This document shows positions 10,601 to 24,900 of a stretch of DNA of 64,000 nucleotides, in pieces. A program made the position numbers and the translations under genes. Each line of letters starts with the position of its first letter. The stretch's first letter is position 1. This stretch comes from Klebsormidium nitens (Eukaryota > Plantae > Klebsormidiophyceae), in assembly GCA_000708835.1 (NCBI GenBank), contig DF237043.1:1-64000 (forward strand), written 5' to 3'. The notes below the pieces were generated by a model. The model was given only the letters and a program-made list of their open reading frames with translations. It made no database searches and had not been told where the DNA came from.

Positions 10601-12771
10601 CAACAGAGAACCTTCCTCCGCTAACCCTGTACCAGTCACCGAAAAACCTTCCATCCTTTCGCCCACAGCCCTCAACTCCCTAATTGCTCGCCGGCTAGCA
10701 TTTCGAACCCCCTCGCTTCGACTGTACATATCGACGAACAGCAACACGACAGGCAGCTTAGACTGGAACGCCCCCCCGATCTCGTCGTACTTGAGCTCCT
10801 CTAGCAGCGGAAACGGAACCCCCTCCAGGAACGCAGTCAGGTTTGCGCCCCCGTAGAACCCTCTAGGCGGCCCCCGGCCTTGCGTCTGGACTAGAACCAA
10901 CCAGGGAAATTTAGAGATTCTCGAAATCCCTAGCCCTTCAACCCTTGACTGGCTGGCTTCCGATAAGAGTGACCTATCTTCTACGTTTCGTTCATTCGGT
11001 TCGTCGAAAGCGCGCCCCCGACCAGACCCCATCGTTCCCTGAGAGCCTGCCGAGCTCTCTTCTCGAATCCAGAAGCGTGCGAACCTGGACAGCAAAGACC
11101 TGCCCAGCACTGTCCACGACCCTTCTTCGAAACCGCGGCCCCCAGAGAAGTCGGCGTTCAAAGAGAGAGCACTCTCCCCGCCAGGAATGAGCGTGCGCAA
11201 AAGATCTCGGATCCAACCACCGAAGCCCCTCACATCCACACTCTCCCTCCGCTCAACTACATCTTTCCTAAGAGCCGCCTCCAAGATCTGAGGGTCGGTC
11301 ACACGCAGTAGGAGCAGCTTTGAGGGGAGGAGGAGCAGTCGCCAGGCCAGGTCTTCCGCCTCGGCTCTGATCAACGCCGCTTGTACCGCTTCTGCCTGGG
11401 AGCAATAACCGGGGTCGTCTACTTCTTGTCCTCCTTCCGCGTCTCCTAAATGCGGCTGATCTCCTGTCTCTGGGTGGTTAAGGCTGGAGGGGACGTCTGG
11501 TACAGGGCAAGTCTCTGTTAGGACAGGGGGTCTGGATTGGGGCGCAAGGCATTGGGAAGTCCCCTCACTCACTCCCCCATTTTCCGCAACTAGAAACCTC
11601 GCCGACCCGCTCTTTTTTTGTGCAGAATGTTCCACGACAGCACCAGCATGGCTATTAAGGGTCCTACTTTTGGAGCTTATCACTGCAGTCTCGCAGCCCC
11701 CCTGGAAAGGAGCGATTCCCCTCAAACAGCTGCCGCTGCAAGCCGTTTGCCCCCCAAGCACGCTTCCGTTCTGCCACCGCACAGCGTCCCCCCCCAAGCG
11801 CACCCCCGCTTTTCCCCCCCCGCACCGATCGTAGAGTACGATCACTTCCTCTGTTTCCTGCAACACCCCCCTCCATTCTTTAAAGCTACCGATTGTCCGA
11901 ATCGGCACATCCTCCCGCCGCATTTTCATCACCGACTCGAGCGCCTCGAGAAGGGGCCGTGCGACCAGCTTGAAAGGGTAGCTTATGGCCCTGCCGCGTA
12001 AGTATACCGTCACAGCGGGCCACTGCCGGTGTAGGCCGTGGCTGGCTGCCAGCTGGGGCTCTTTGTGGCCGTTGATCTTGCACAGGCGCAATCCCGGCCA
12101 TCGATCTGGGTCCGCCTGGAGCATCTGCTCGATGTCGCGGGTGAACTTCCTTGAGAGACCGCACCCTGTCGGAAGCAAAACGAACGGGGTTTTGTTTGGA
12201 AAGAAAGGATGCCCCATAGCTTTTCAGAGTACGAGATGATGGTTGTACTTCTTGAAAGTAGAACACCATAAATATGCTCGCAGTCTACAAGACATTTAAG
12301 CAGTCAGGATGCGAGACCCAACTCTTCCTATGGAAAGTCCAGGAGTCAGAAGAAACATCAATACTCTGCCACAATGGAAGAAACAAGACACTTTATAGCT
12401 CAGGATGACAGGAAAGAGGTCATTTCAAATATCCTTCCGGTCTTTATTGGCACATTCATACCAAGGAAGCTTTATTGTTGGCACAGCTCTGCGGAAGCTG
12501 CAAAGTAAAACAGTCCCTAGAAGGCACAACCCTTACATGGCACTTGAGCAACGCAGAGCGCATACTCCTCTTCTCTCACAAGCGCTGTTAGCTCCTCCTT
12601 TGAAACCCATTCAAACCTAGGAGCAGTCTCCCCTGATACTCCTCTGCTCGAGTTCTGCTCCACAGCATGGGCAGCATCTGGCGCGACAGCATCGCATCTG
12701 ATCAGCGCCAATAGCAAAAGGCCAAATACTCTACACACCACACCCTGCCGCAAGCGGCACGCGTCAGCCAT
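7611..12771 (-). CDS. Secretory-pathway thioredoxin-fold protein, TXNDC11/At3g19780-like
   Basis: Exons are 12771-12537 (signal peptide...VAQVP), 12165-8234 (WCGLSRKF...LFTTNWCGFCQRAE...CDENDC; contains an N gap) and 7757-7611 (ILEYPSLVLFAAGNETAPAIYRG, a Trx-fold end). GT-AG junctions join in frame to give VPWCG. Confidence 0.8.
9151..9840. other. Assembly gap (N run)
   Basis: 690 N inside the large exon of the thioredoxin-fold gene. Confidence 1.
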
Positions 12772-13718
12772 CGCTCAGCTTTGCAGCGTCTTCCATGCGT
12801 TCCTGCCCTTGCTCGATCCACAATTACCTAAGCACATGTCATTGTTCCTGGCTATGCACTGCAATGTGTGCCAACTTTCTTCAGTTAGCTAGACAACTGG
12901 CAACGTTTCGGACGCTCATAGGATGCCCAGGCGGGCCGTCCGCCGGTCACTAGCAGCCTATTAAATATGTCTGCGATACTAGTGGCAACTAGTCACAACT
13001 AGTGGCAATGATTTTGCTGTCCGCAATGTCCGAAGGATTTGCCAAACCTTCCAAAGCCTCGGCGACCGCTGGCGCACGTGGCGCGCGGCCGCGAGCTGCC
13101 AGTGACGGCCGATCGAACCGCGGCTTCCGATCGGTAGCTTAGGGGTTCTCCAGACTGGAACACTAGTAGGATGCCAACAAGCACAAGCTTGTTGACCACA
13201 ACTTTATTATCGCTTTCGTAATCATACGGCACGAACCTGCACGAACCTTGGTGTGCGCGCCGGGTGGACTGGCAAGTCCTCTGGAAGAGCATGTAAAACA
13301 GACCCATCATTGTTTGATAATTAGTTTTGAAGTCAGGAAACCTCCGACAAGCTTACATACTGCAGTTTTTGCTTAAATTAACCACAGTTCCATCAGTGTC
13401 TAGATAGGAGCTCATCACCACATTACTAAAACTAGTGCTTCTCGCAAGATACTGGAAACAAGGGCCAAAAACACACAAGTTGTTTAATACTTTGATTCCT
13501 CCGGCTGTCCTCCGTCCTTCATTTCAGATACTTTTACGTCACGGTAACGCAACCTGCCTTTTTTTCCAGCGCATGGCTACTGATTGACGCCTCAAATGAG
13601 AAGGACTCTGACTACTTGAGCTGTAAAGGATAAACGGAGCTCCAAAGAGATTCTTAAGTTGAAACAAAAGACGCAACCGTTCAACAGATGATGGGGGAAG
13701 GTCGCGTGCTGATCTGAG

Positions 13719-14702
13719 ATGGCAAGGAATCACCGAGCGAGGTTGAATCACAGGGCTTTGCATAGCTTGCCGGTGAACAGTGGTGTCAAGCCGGGCGCTT
13801 ATCCGCAGCCTCGCTTCTGGACGTATCTAACAGTGGAAGACAGGAGCCGCTTGGATCTCCAAAGTTTCTTCCAAGGGAAGTCATATGCTGCGCGAATCGT
13901 CCAGGACAAGTATGGGTACACGCTTATGATGGGAGAGCTATCATGGGTGCTCATGACCAGACCAACCAAAGAGGAGGTGCGTCCTTGTCTTACTTCACTT
14001 GCGCTGACTCGTTGTTTGACAGAGTTGGTCATCAGGATTTTGCTATGTTTTAAAGTCTTACAGTATTGAAATAATGTCCTTGGCCATCATGTCACTGACT
14101 CTATGCAGTGCGCCCCTCGATCCGATTTTCCATTCGTTACGCACATAGCAAATATGTGGAAACTTCGAAAGCACAATCAACACACTTCTTTCGGTGCTTC
14201 GTTTTGCACCTGGCTGCGCACTCTCTTCAACCCACAATCTGTAACGATCGAAGTTTGGAGAATTTCAGGTCAACATTTCACGGGCAAGATATTGCTGAAA
14301 CCTTCATGCTCGTCATTGAACTCAAGAAAGATACTAATAAGCCGCAATTATATCAGGGTAACCGCACTGGGACGGGTAGGGTTAGCTTGGTGGTTACGGT
14401 GGGTATGGGTGCGGAGCAGGTATCTTTTAGGTTATAGTCTTTAGTGTTAGTCGGAGCTCACTATTATCTTGGATTATGATTCTTTTCTTGAGAATTATCT
14501 CCTCGTCTGCTTCCCGCAGTGTGTAATGCGCATCCGCCATTACCTGCCAGACCTTCTGAGGCAGCACTTTGAGCATGGCTCCGTTCCCCCTGTTCCCAGC
14601 CTCAGCTACGATGAGTGCCGCAGCAGGCCTTATTCTGATGACGAAAGCGAGTTCAGGATCGTCGAGGATATCTGGATAATGGTGGATTTCTCCCTCCCGT
14701 AA
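13719..14702 (+). CDS. Hypothetical two-exon orphan protein (~146 aa)
   Basis: ATG at 13719. Exon 1 ends at 13976 (GAG|GTGCGT) and exon 2 starts at 14520 (TTCCCGCAG|TGT). The phase-0 join reads ...TRPTKEE-CVMRIRHYLPDLL...; stop at 14702. No recognisable domain. Confidence 0.45.
14368..14466 (-). repeat. Copy of dispersed MITE-like repeat
   Basis: The reverse complement contains CTAACACTAAA...ACCTGCTCCGCACCC...AACCCTACCCGTCCC, matching 36421-36507. Confidence 0.7.
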
Positions 14703-15910
14703 GTTCCTCCGCTAGCAGTCGCTCACTTGACAATTGAAGTGGAAATATCAAACGAATTTCTTCTCTGCTGTGAGGCTGCCGTGTCGATCCACTGGCCCTA
14801 AGTAAGAGACTTTACTTGCCACCCGCCTATTTCCGTTGTATATTTCCCTGACAATTAGATTGTCCTGCAATTCTGCTAACAGGCCGGTAGCATGTAAGTC
14901 GATCTAGTTGTTATTGAATAGAGTATAGGTCCTATGTACGTCGGACTCAAATGAATCTCACTTTTCGCATACTACTTGCATGCAGAGGCGAAGAGGAAGC
15001 CATGAAGGACTTCCGAGCGCCAAGTAGCAACCAATCAAGGGTAGCTGGGACTTGATATCATAAACGCGTGCAACTGGAGTAGCTAGTGGTCTTACTAAGT
15101 CTATCTTATTCTGGCACAACACTTCAATAAAGCTTGCTAGCTGAGATATTTCCATGGCTAGATTCGAGAAGCACAGATTTGAATGTCCCTATCAATACTG
15201 ATGACTGGATTCGACGTTCTAACGTGTGTCATGAAACGCAAACGAGGTATATACCCGCCGCTCAGTGCGATGCGTCATGCTTGTGTTGATATACGCCACG
15301 CGTTGTTACGCAGTCAGGCATGCCAGTGCATGTGTCACGGTTTGACTGAGGATGTACACCATTGAATTACTAGAGCGCGTACGGTCGGGAATTCAATTTT
15401 GCATCCACATATAACATTCATGCAAGTCAACGCCACAATCTGAACCATCATTGGGCCACGAATGAGTTCGAAGCACAGGTGTCACAGTGCGGCCAGGACG
15501 TTGGAAAGCGCGGTCTATAGTGATTAGATTGAAACTCGAAGCTCACCGTGCTTCATGAGGTTGGACAAGGTAGCTCTAAATCAAAGCCCGAATCATCAGT
15601 ATTCCCAAAGTATATAACCAAGTACAATGCGCACAGCCACGTATCGCCTCCGCTTCTTATGCACCACCGGCGTCCGTCGAATGTTCCATTGAGTCTTGGC
15701 CGCATGAGGAGAAAATGCTTGATCAAGCACATAAGGGGTGGCCCCTGTGATGCAGGCTGCATAATGCTGAGAAGCAACAGCACATACGCGAACACCTCAA
15801 CCCTGCAGTAGCAGACTTCGACTTGCTACGGCCACTGTTCCCGTGTCGTTCTTCACAAAAGTTGAGGGTGACTAAGGACATGCACTGCGCATTTGTGCTT
15901 TGATTAAGCA

Positions 15911-18900
15911 TTAGGAGTCTGCGGAACGGTCCAGGTTCATGAAGGAGTCGAGGCCCTTCGACATCTCCATTAGACACTCGAAGGCGTCCTGCGCCTCTTT
16001 CTCGGGGGGAAGCCCCAGCAGGCTTTTCAACTGCACGGGAAAAAGATGAGCAAAATCAGCAAGGTCAGCACTGACTCCAGACTCCAGCTACGAAATCAAG
16101 CGTTTGGGCAGAGCCTTCCTTTCGTGACCAGTTCGCAGGTCGGAGACAGACTTCATGCATTGAAGTCTTGGATTCCAACACTTGTTACTTTCGAAAACGA
16201 AAAGTGGTTCGAACCACTTGGGTTTGAAACAACGAAACAGAACTCCCTCGATGGCAATGGTTGTTGGCACGCTCCGCTTTTAGTGTCCGGCTCTTCATCC
16301 GTATGCCCACAGCTCTAAGCGGCCGCAAAACGAGTTCTTGATGTAGCGCTAGACTCGAGGCTACTTAGATTCGAGGTTGTTTGTGCAGCAAAGAGGATGG
16401 GACAAAAGTGTCGTTTCGAAATCTATAAGATTCGGGCAGATTGAGACCGAACTCGAAAGTGAGAGCGCAACCCGTTCGCTCTCATCGCCAATGATCTTAA
16501 GAAGCCTCGCCAGGGCTTTCAAAGGCAAAGAACAGGCACTACCTTGATGTCCGCCGCCTTGAATCGAATCAGTCCAGAGCACCTTACGTAACAAGGCAAC
16601 GAGACCTGTACTTTTTGTTTGTAACTCCAACATCGGGACTCGCAGATTGCTGCTCACAAGGGAGCCGGCGGAGCCCTCTTTGAAAACAAGGTTGTCCTTG
16701 CTTCCACCACGTTCTGTCAGATCGATCCGAGCGACACGCCTCGAATTCTATTGAGCATTCTTAACATTGTTTGCTGCTCACCAGGAGGCCGGCGGAGCTC
16801 TCATTGTAGTGAGGTCGTTCCCTCTTCTTCTAATTCTTCTAAACAAAGAAACGGCTCCAAAGCCATGCATTCTGGTTTAGACCTCTTAATAATTGACACC
16901 AAAAGTTTTCCGCTCACCAAGAAGCCGGCGGAGCCCTCCTTGTAGATTAAAGGGTTGTTTTCGCATCCACCTCTTCTTACCACTCAGAATAACACACCGC
17001 GAAGTCCGATTGAGCATTCTTAGAACCGATCTCATGGTTTTTTGCTCACCAAGAAGCCGGCGGAGCCCTCCTTGTAGATGAGGTTGTTCTTGATGTCCAC
17101 CGCCTTCTCCTCGTCGATGGCGTCGAACAGCATCTGGAACGCGCCGATGGACATGCTCGTCTCGAAGAGGATGAACTTCGGACGCGTCCGGATGCGCGTG
17201 ATGCCCAGGTCCGCAGCCAGCCGCTTCATGACCAGCATTTGGAGCCGCCGCTGTGAGGAAAGAGAGCGAGGTGACGTCAGCACTTCGTAGTAAATCACGT
17301 CAGTTGTGAGAGGTACAGCAGTGACAGGTATGCCCAGGTCCGCGGCCAGCCGCTTCATGACCAGCATCTGCAGCGGCCGCTGTGAAATACATCAAAGTGT
17401 CGTCAGCAGTTCGCCATGAATGATGTCAGCAACTTGATATCAAATGACGTCAGCAGTCGGTGCTGATGAGGCGAGCCACCACAGATTATCACACGACCCC
17501 TATCTGCAGCCGCTGCTGTGGAAGAGGGGAGGCCAATCCGATCTCGCGGATTAGTAGGTTGACGTTGACTGGTGCAAGCTTGAAAACGTGGGTTCGAGCG
17601 AAATTCAGTGTGGAAAATGCGTCACAGACTGGTAACTGACAAAGAGTACCTTGTTGACATGGCGACTTGTCACTGCAAAAAATTGATAGCGCTGCGAAGC
17701 GAAGGCTAAGAGAAACGAGAGTCCTGGTATGACGTTCGTCAGTCCGGAACTACGTCAGATCCCTTTATGAGAAGGGCAGCGCGACCAAAGCGCTTGCTAA
17801 GCAACTGCGACCAGACCGAACAGAGCGTGTATGAGCAGCATCGCCTCTGTCCAGATAGCAAAAGTCCGTCCCCCCCAATTGCACAATTGCGAACCGGACA
17901 AAGTGAGTCTTAACTCTAGCACGAACGTGTTTCATACGACGTCACCCCCGTTTCAGATGACGTCAGCCAGCACGGTGCCCCCCAAGCAGGTCCGAACAGC
18001 ATTCAGTCGAGGAGCAGTAAGCGTTGAGAAAAGTCAGATTACCAACTTGGGACGGGTGGGCTGATTTAGGGATTTGGGTACGTAGGGGCATAAAGCAGGT
18101 ACTCTCAAGTGTTAAGGATTTAGTGTTGGGTTAGGAACTCACTGTTCTTATGGATTACAATTCTAAAGCTCACTACCCCGGAAACAAAGGGAAAGAAGTC
18201 CGTACCTTGGCTCCCGGCGGCGGCGGCCCCAGGCGCTCCTCCATTTCTAGATAGAAGTCGTTCGCCGACTCGACGCCACCCCGCGCCGCTTTCTCCATGT
18301 CTTTCAGGAACTGGTCGCGCCCCTCGGTGCAGTCGATGTAATCGTGGGGAACCAACGTATCCACCACGAAGTCGACCTGCAGAAGTGCAAAGTTGTTTTC
18401 AGAATCTTTTCGTCGGTGGAGTCATTCAAGGTCAATAAAGTCCGCCGAGGAACTGGAATGCGAGGCAGAACTTGAACTGCCCTCCAGAGCGCTCGAAAGT
18501 GCGACACCCGTACGAGCTTGCATCGGCCGCCCAGATTTCCGTCCCATCCACAAAGATGATGGCAAGATTTGCAATCGGAATTCGACGTTTTCTGTATCCT
18601 TCTTCGTTGTTGAGACGTATCTTCGGTTTGTTACAATACTTAGCGATATCACAAAGTCAATTCGAATCTTCGTACTGAAGACTGTCCCTCAATCCTGGAT
18701 CTCAAGCAACCGAGCTTCCTTGCAAGTAAACGAAGCCACCACGCATGATTTTGTCTATTCCTGTAAATAAGGAAGGAGTGGGAGGAGATCGCACACAGTG
18801 TCCAGAAGTAAAAGCTGACGTACGAACTTCTCACCTTGACGTCATCAAAGTGCACTTTGGGCAGCGTTTCCGTCTGTGCCCGGTACAGCGAGTCGAACAG

Positions 18901-21900
18901 CATCTCGTTAAATAGGTCCGCGCCAATCTCCGTTGACAGCTTCCCGCTCTGCTTTTCCCCGAACACCTCCCCTGTGCCTCGGATCGTCAAATCGCGTTGC
19001 GCCACGTGGACACCGGCGCCCAGGTCCACGCACTCCTCCAGCGCTTGCAGCCGTAACTGCAGGAAGGAACGAAAGATGAGAATGAAATCAACGATCTTCA
19101 TTCTCAATAACGACAATCATTGACGCTCGATGCGAAACGTCGACGAGAATCTGCAGATGCAAACTCGTAAAGTTTTCAAAGCTGAGCACAAACTCAGGAG
19201 AGGAATCTTCAAGCTCCAAATGAGGACTTGGCAATGCAAAGCTTTCAGAATCACTTGCACAGGCGGACTGCCTGATGCTCAAACCCCCCGTTTTACCGTT
19301 TTGTGTCGGAGCTTTTTTCACAGCCGCTACGTAATCACCTTTGTATGTCAGCACCCTCTTGAGATTTAAAGACCCAGTCGCTCGCACTCCTGATGCTCAT
19401 AAAGCGCAAACATGTAGTCACGAACAACTCCTCACGGTTCCAGACGCTTGGAGCACGCTTTCCCTGATCTTGAAACTCACGATTGAAGACACAACGGCAT
19501 CCGACGGCTCAAGAAATATCGCAAATATCGGTTCAAATCTTCGAGTGGCAAGGTGAGCTGTATGCAAATGCCACGTACCTCGGCCGGCGGGCTGAGTTCT
19601 TCTCTGTTCCCCACGGAATACAACAGGTACGCATGCGCCTCCACGTTTGACCGCCCCACGCGCCCCCGCAGCTGGTAGATTTGGGCGAGCCCAAACTTTT
19701 CGACTTCCGTAATAATGATTGTGTTGCAGTTGGGGATGTCCAGCCCGCTTTCGACGATGCTCGTACAGAGCAAGATCTGCGTCTGGCCCGCACGGAAGGC
19801 GCGCATCGCCCGCTCGAGCTCGGGGCCCGACATCTGGCGCAAGAGGGAACACGTGTCAGCTCGGCGAGGACATATGGTAATTTGCGCGAGGGGCACTTGC
19901 TAGGGTGCAGAACTATGCGAAGCTCAGGACTTGCAGAACTTTTGGAGTCTCGCTGACAACTACAACTAGGCAAATTAGTTCTTGGATCTCTAACCCCTGG
20001 CAGCTCCTTTCCTGCCAAACGCAAACGCAAAGACTCATGTATCTCAATTCAAGGGGACTTGCAGCAATACTTCCGAAGTGGGTCAATAGCAGCGTAACAT
20101 CTCTGTCTGATTGAATCGGCGGTCGTTACAGGTAAATAGGAAAAAGCAACCGTATGGCCGCTTGATGAGCCAAAAAGATTGGTCTCCATCCCAAGAGCGA
20201 GTCCCGAAGGCTGCAGGTTTCTCCCTCGCTCTTCAAGAGATTAGCGGCCGTCCCCCAAGATGATTGCGAGGTCTGCTACATCCCTGCAACGAATCCAAGT
20301 GCAAGATGACGTGGCACGCCCGCTCACCTGGCCGTGCGCCATGTCCACTGTGACGTCAGGCATCTTCCGTTTGAGCTCTTCTTGGACATCCATGATGCTC
20401 TGCGAGTATACGGTCTTCCCGCCTGCGAACAACCGAGCAACCATCAGGATCTCGGACTGACATAGTGAGGAGCTGGCTGCTTTTCGAATCTTCTGAGAAT
20501 TGGCACAGTCCGAACGGCGTTGTCCGTCATCCCAACAATGCATTGTGTGCCTGCATTTGACGAACTTGAGAGTGCATTCGCAACCCACCCAGTAATGGAA
20601 AGCTTTCCTCCCTCTGCGACTTTTGCAGAGGGAGGAGAAGCAGGCCAAGTTTTTTATCTAATCAGCAACGCTTACCGTGTATTCTCGGCACGATGTAATA
20701 GACCTGCCCCCCTCGTTCTAGCTCCTGTTCGATCGCCCACTCGACTAGCTTCTCGTCGAATTGCTGCAGGTGCGTCTTGATTGGTCGCCGCGAAGGGGGA
20801 GGAGTCGTGATGAGACTGCAGAACGAATGAAGCCGACGTCAGCATGAGAGCGCAAACATAATCAAGTTATCGGCTCTGACGTCAAATAGTCTCGGTGGCA
20901 CTCACTACGGCCGGAATCAGACTTTTGGGGCACTGGATGATTGCCGGGAGGGACCTTTCCATAGCTGAAACGCAAAATCGCTGACTGGGGAGAAAGGCCT
21001 GGCTCAAAGAGCGGTCAATGGTAACACAGCAAGAGCTGCTTCGCACGTTGAAATACAGTCCGACGCTACGATTACGAGCCCAGCATGACACTCCAGACTA
21101 ACTAGACGGAGGAACGGGGAGAAACGAAAGCAAGAAGAAGAAATACAGGCAGACACGGAAAGCCCCTCGCTTTTTGCTTACCTGAGGTCCTTGAGGCCTC
21201 GTGTAGCCTGCTCCAACGTCCGGGGAATCGGCGTTGCCGACAGCGTCAGCACGTCAATCTCAGTCTTCATATTCTTCATTTTCTCCTTCTGCCGCACGCC
21301 AAACCTCTGCAAATGAATGGAAGCGGTGAGTTTGAGAGCAACCTGCGTAAACTAGCGCAAGAAGTTGACCCTGAGAGTGGCCGTTGCTACAACCGTTGGT
21401 ATGAGCTGGTTATAGAAGCACTGAATGCCCTTCCTGATTGAGAAACAGGGCGCCACACCACGCAACTGCCTAAAGGAAACTTGGCCCAACGTCACCGTTC
21501 TCATTTTCGTTTTTTGCGACCCCGTGTACTCATACAACAGATTGAGCCTCTCTAGTATGGTAACACCAGGTTACCCGATCGGGTTACGGTGTATCCTTCA
21601 ACCGACGCTCTCTCGCAACCGTGCGTACAACCGTTGAACATCCACGACAGAGAAACTCCCGTTTGAACAACCCGAAATATCAGCATCCCCTCACACCTCC
21701 ATTCAACATCCGGAAACAAGAGAATGAGAGGCCCTGCCAAATTTTACCAACTCCTCCATTATCCTCCGTCCTTGAAGGGCACATTGTACGGCAGCACCGC
21801 CGCACCTTTCAGTCCCAGAATATCAGCGCAGAAAATGTCGAATGCTGAACATGAAGAGACCCCGCAAAAGGCGAGAGCCGCGCCTGCTCTCTGTCCACAA

Positions 21901-24900
21901 CAAGCAGTCAAAGTTCTCAATAAATCGCGCTCTACAGCAGCAGCGCAGCAAACTTATTACCCCTGCGGAGATGAGAACTTCGAGTCTGAAACCTAAGGAG
22001 ACCCCAAACCAGCAATCCATTGCCGGCTCCTCCTTGACCACAAATGGTCCAACGTTTTCGAAGCGCGCGCTAGAAGCAGGAACGCAGCGACTACTAGTCT
22101 GATATCCCAAGCGCTGGGAACGTCGAAGTTCGAACGTAAGAGAAGGTCACTTCTCAAGAAAAACAAAACCCTAAAAATTCAAAATCAGCATGAATCCCAC
22201 CTGCTCCTCGTCGACCACGAGCAGTCCGAGGTCCTTGAAGCGCACGCTCTCGCCCAGCAGGGCGTGCGTCCCGACCGCCACGTCCACCTAGCCAAATCCG
22301 GAAACAATCAGCCAGGTTAAGAAGAAGGCTTTTCTGGCAGACCTTAGATTATGGCGGCGTTGAAAAAACTATCCCCGTTTGAGCAAGCAAATTCAGAACA
22401 CTACCCAACTCAGCAAGGTGCATGCAATAGGGCACTAATGTATGGGGGACGAGAAGCTGATTCGGAGGCCAGGGAAAATAGCAGATCAGACGGCCGGAAT
22501 GCGACGTGGACAGCCAGGGGGTAAAACACCCTGTGTCTATCTGCAAGGAGTGGCAATGAAAACCCGACTTCAAAGACGCAGCAAAGCAGCAATCAATTCT
22601 CAGAACGAAGTGGTCCGACTGATCTGCAGAATCAAGCGTGGGAGTCAAAAGCCACTCACCTCCCCGTTCGCAATGCCCTCCAGCCCCGCCCGCTTCTCCT
22701 TCTCCCCCGCCAGCCGGCTGAGCATCGTAACGGTGATCTCGGGGAAGTCCTTGAACCGCTCACGGATGACGTCATAGTGCTGCTTCGCGAGGACCGTCGT
22801 AGGGGCGAGGACCGCGACCTGCGAGAGCGACGAGCGAGGAAATGACGTCAGATACGTGTTGACTTAACCTGAGACATAAAAGCCCTTGTACGGGCGCGGC
22901 CCGGGCCCAATCGAGCTTTTGTAAACAAAGCTTCACCGCTTAAAGGGACAGTGTACTGAGATTGCAGGACAAGTCTTAGAGGCTCGAGAAGATCAAGGCT
23001 CGGTTAAGGACGTGCCCGACCCGAGAAGCATCGGGACTCCGTGCGATCCAATCAATCGGGAGTTCCTACAGGTCGATGTCAAGTGGAGGTCCGGTGTAAC
23101 GACGTCAGACAAGTTTTCCATCATAAGATTTAAACCTAAAGTACTTGAGAGGCAGAATATGCGACTGGACCGTTTAAATATGGAAAGTTGTGCGGTTTTG
23201 CAAGAAGAACAGGGCTAAACGAGTCCGAGCTTGAAGCTTGCCAGCAGCTCTTTGCACTTCTTTGCAGCAGCCTGACCATATTCACATGACCAAACAGAAG
23301 ACAGACTGCTTAAGCTGTCTCCTCAACCAAACAGCTCCTCATTTCTCAAACATCGAAACCGATTCATATAGGAGACAAAACAGACCTCCTGATTAACAAG
23401 CTCAACGATCATCGAACTCAACAAATAACCACAGCCGACGTACATACCTGGCGACCCGCATTGGCGGCCCGGAACACGGCCCGCAGCGCAACCTCCGTCT
23501 TGCCAAAGCCGACATCACCGCACACAATGCGATCCATCGGCACCCTTCTGTTGCACATGTCGTCGCGCACCGCGTCAAATGCCTGGAGGGATGAAAGTCA
23601 ACTGACTTAACCAACTTATAAAACTTGCTCGATCACTCGCTTGACTTATTTGCTAACCAGAGTGGTTTGCAGTTCTTGAATTGACAAGCTCTGGCAGCGA
23701 GCTGAGCAAGCGCTTAGGAATCCCGTCTACGCGCCAGTAAATATGGGGAAGCGAGAATCGCACTCGCAGGCGAGAAGCCGCCATGTCTCGCATTTTCGGC
23801 TCAAGCCGATTCTGTCGCCACCATAAGTCGTTTGGATCGCTTGGACTGGGCGTGGTACGTGCACGTCGTTTGCTGATTCCACGTGAAGCTTAAATTGCCG
23901 CCAGTAGACCTGACCATCAAAAAATTTGTCACCTCCGGCGGTTTCATCTGACATCCGTTGCATCCCCCAAGACCCACTTCAACGGGCAAGAAACTCGGCT
24001 GCAGCCACGCCCAAAGCAGCCTTCACAGCAAAACCATCCTCCCCTGGAAAATGGGGTGAAAGTGGTCAAACACACAATGTTGCATGCGGGAAAACGCTAC
24101 ATCTCTGGATTTCTAAGGTTGGACAAGTACGCAGTCAAGATCAGTGTGCCCCCACCTGTTGCTGGTGCTCTGTCGGCTCGTAGCTGAACGTGGACTCGAA
24201 GCGCGCCTGCGCCTCGCCGTCGGGCGGGTACGGCGATCGCGAGACGGCAGCTCGGAGGCGGTACAGCTTCAGAATGTTGATGACCATCTTTTGAATGTGA
24301 GCACGCCCCTTCGACTTGCGCCGCTCCCATGCGCGCCGGTCCTTTAGCTTACTCAGACCCGGCTCCTTGCCCTCAAGACCGGGACTGAAAGGGGAGGAGA
24401 GAAAGCTAATGATGGAGGAAAACACTCGAAAGGATTCAAAACAGAACGGTCGACAGCTTGTCGAATTGAATTGTCGAGGTTGAGGCGGGGGGAAAGTAAG
24501 GCAGAAGGAAAACGTGTCACATTACGAGAAACTCTCGGCGAAAGATTTGGTAGGGCCTTCTGCTACCTTTGCGTGTCTAAGTAATCCCGACTCTTTCCTT
24601 GCCTTAAGCCCCACGATATTTGAGGCTCTTTGACAGTCGGCTGCCATAGTGTCTCTCCTTTCGCAAGCGGCTTTCAGGCCCAGCATCGGCAGAGCGTCCC
24701 AAAAAACTCGTGCGAGCTGATTCCGCTCAGCTTTACCGATCGTAAGTGCCTTTATTAGCAGAAAGGGTCTGTAAATCACACTATAACGAAGTGCAACCCC
24801 AAAAAATGAAGCGTTCAACTAGAGGGTCGGCTTAGCCCACCCACAGAAGTAGACACGTTTGGTGCCCAACAGCTTGGCCAACATTCTCCGCAAACAGCGC

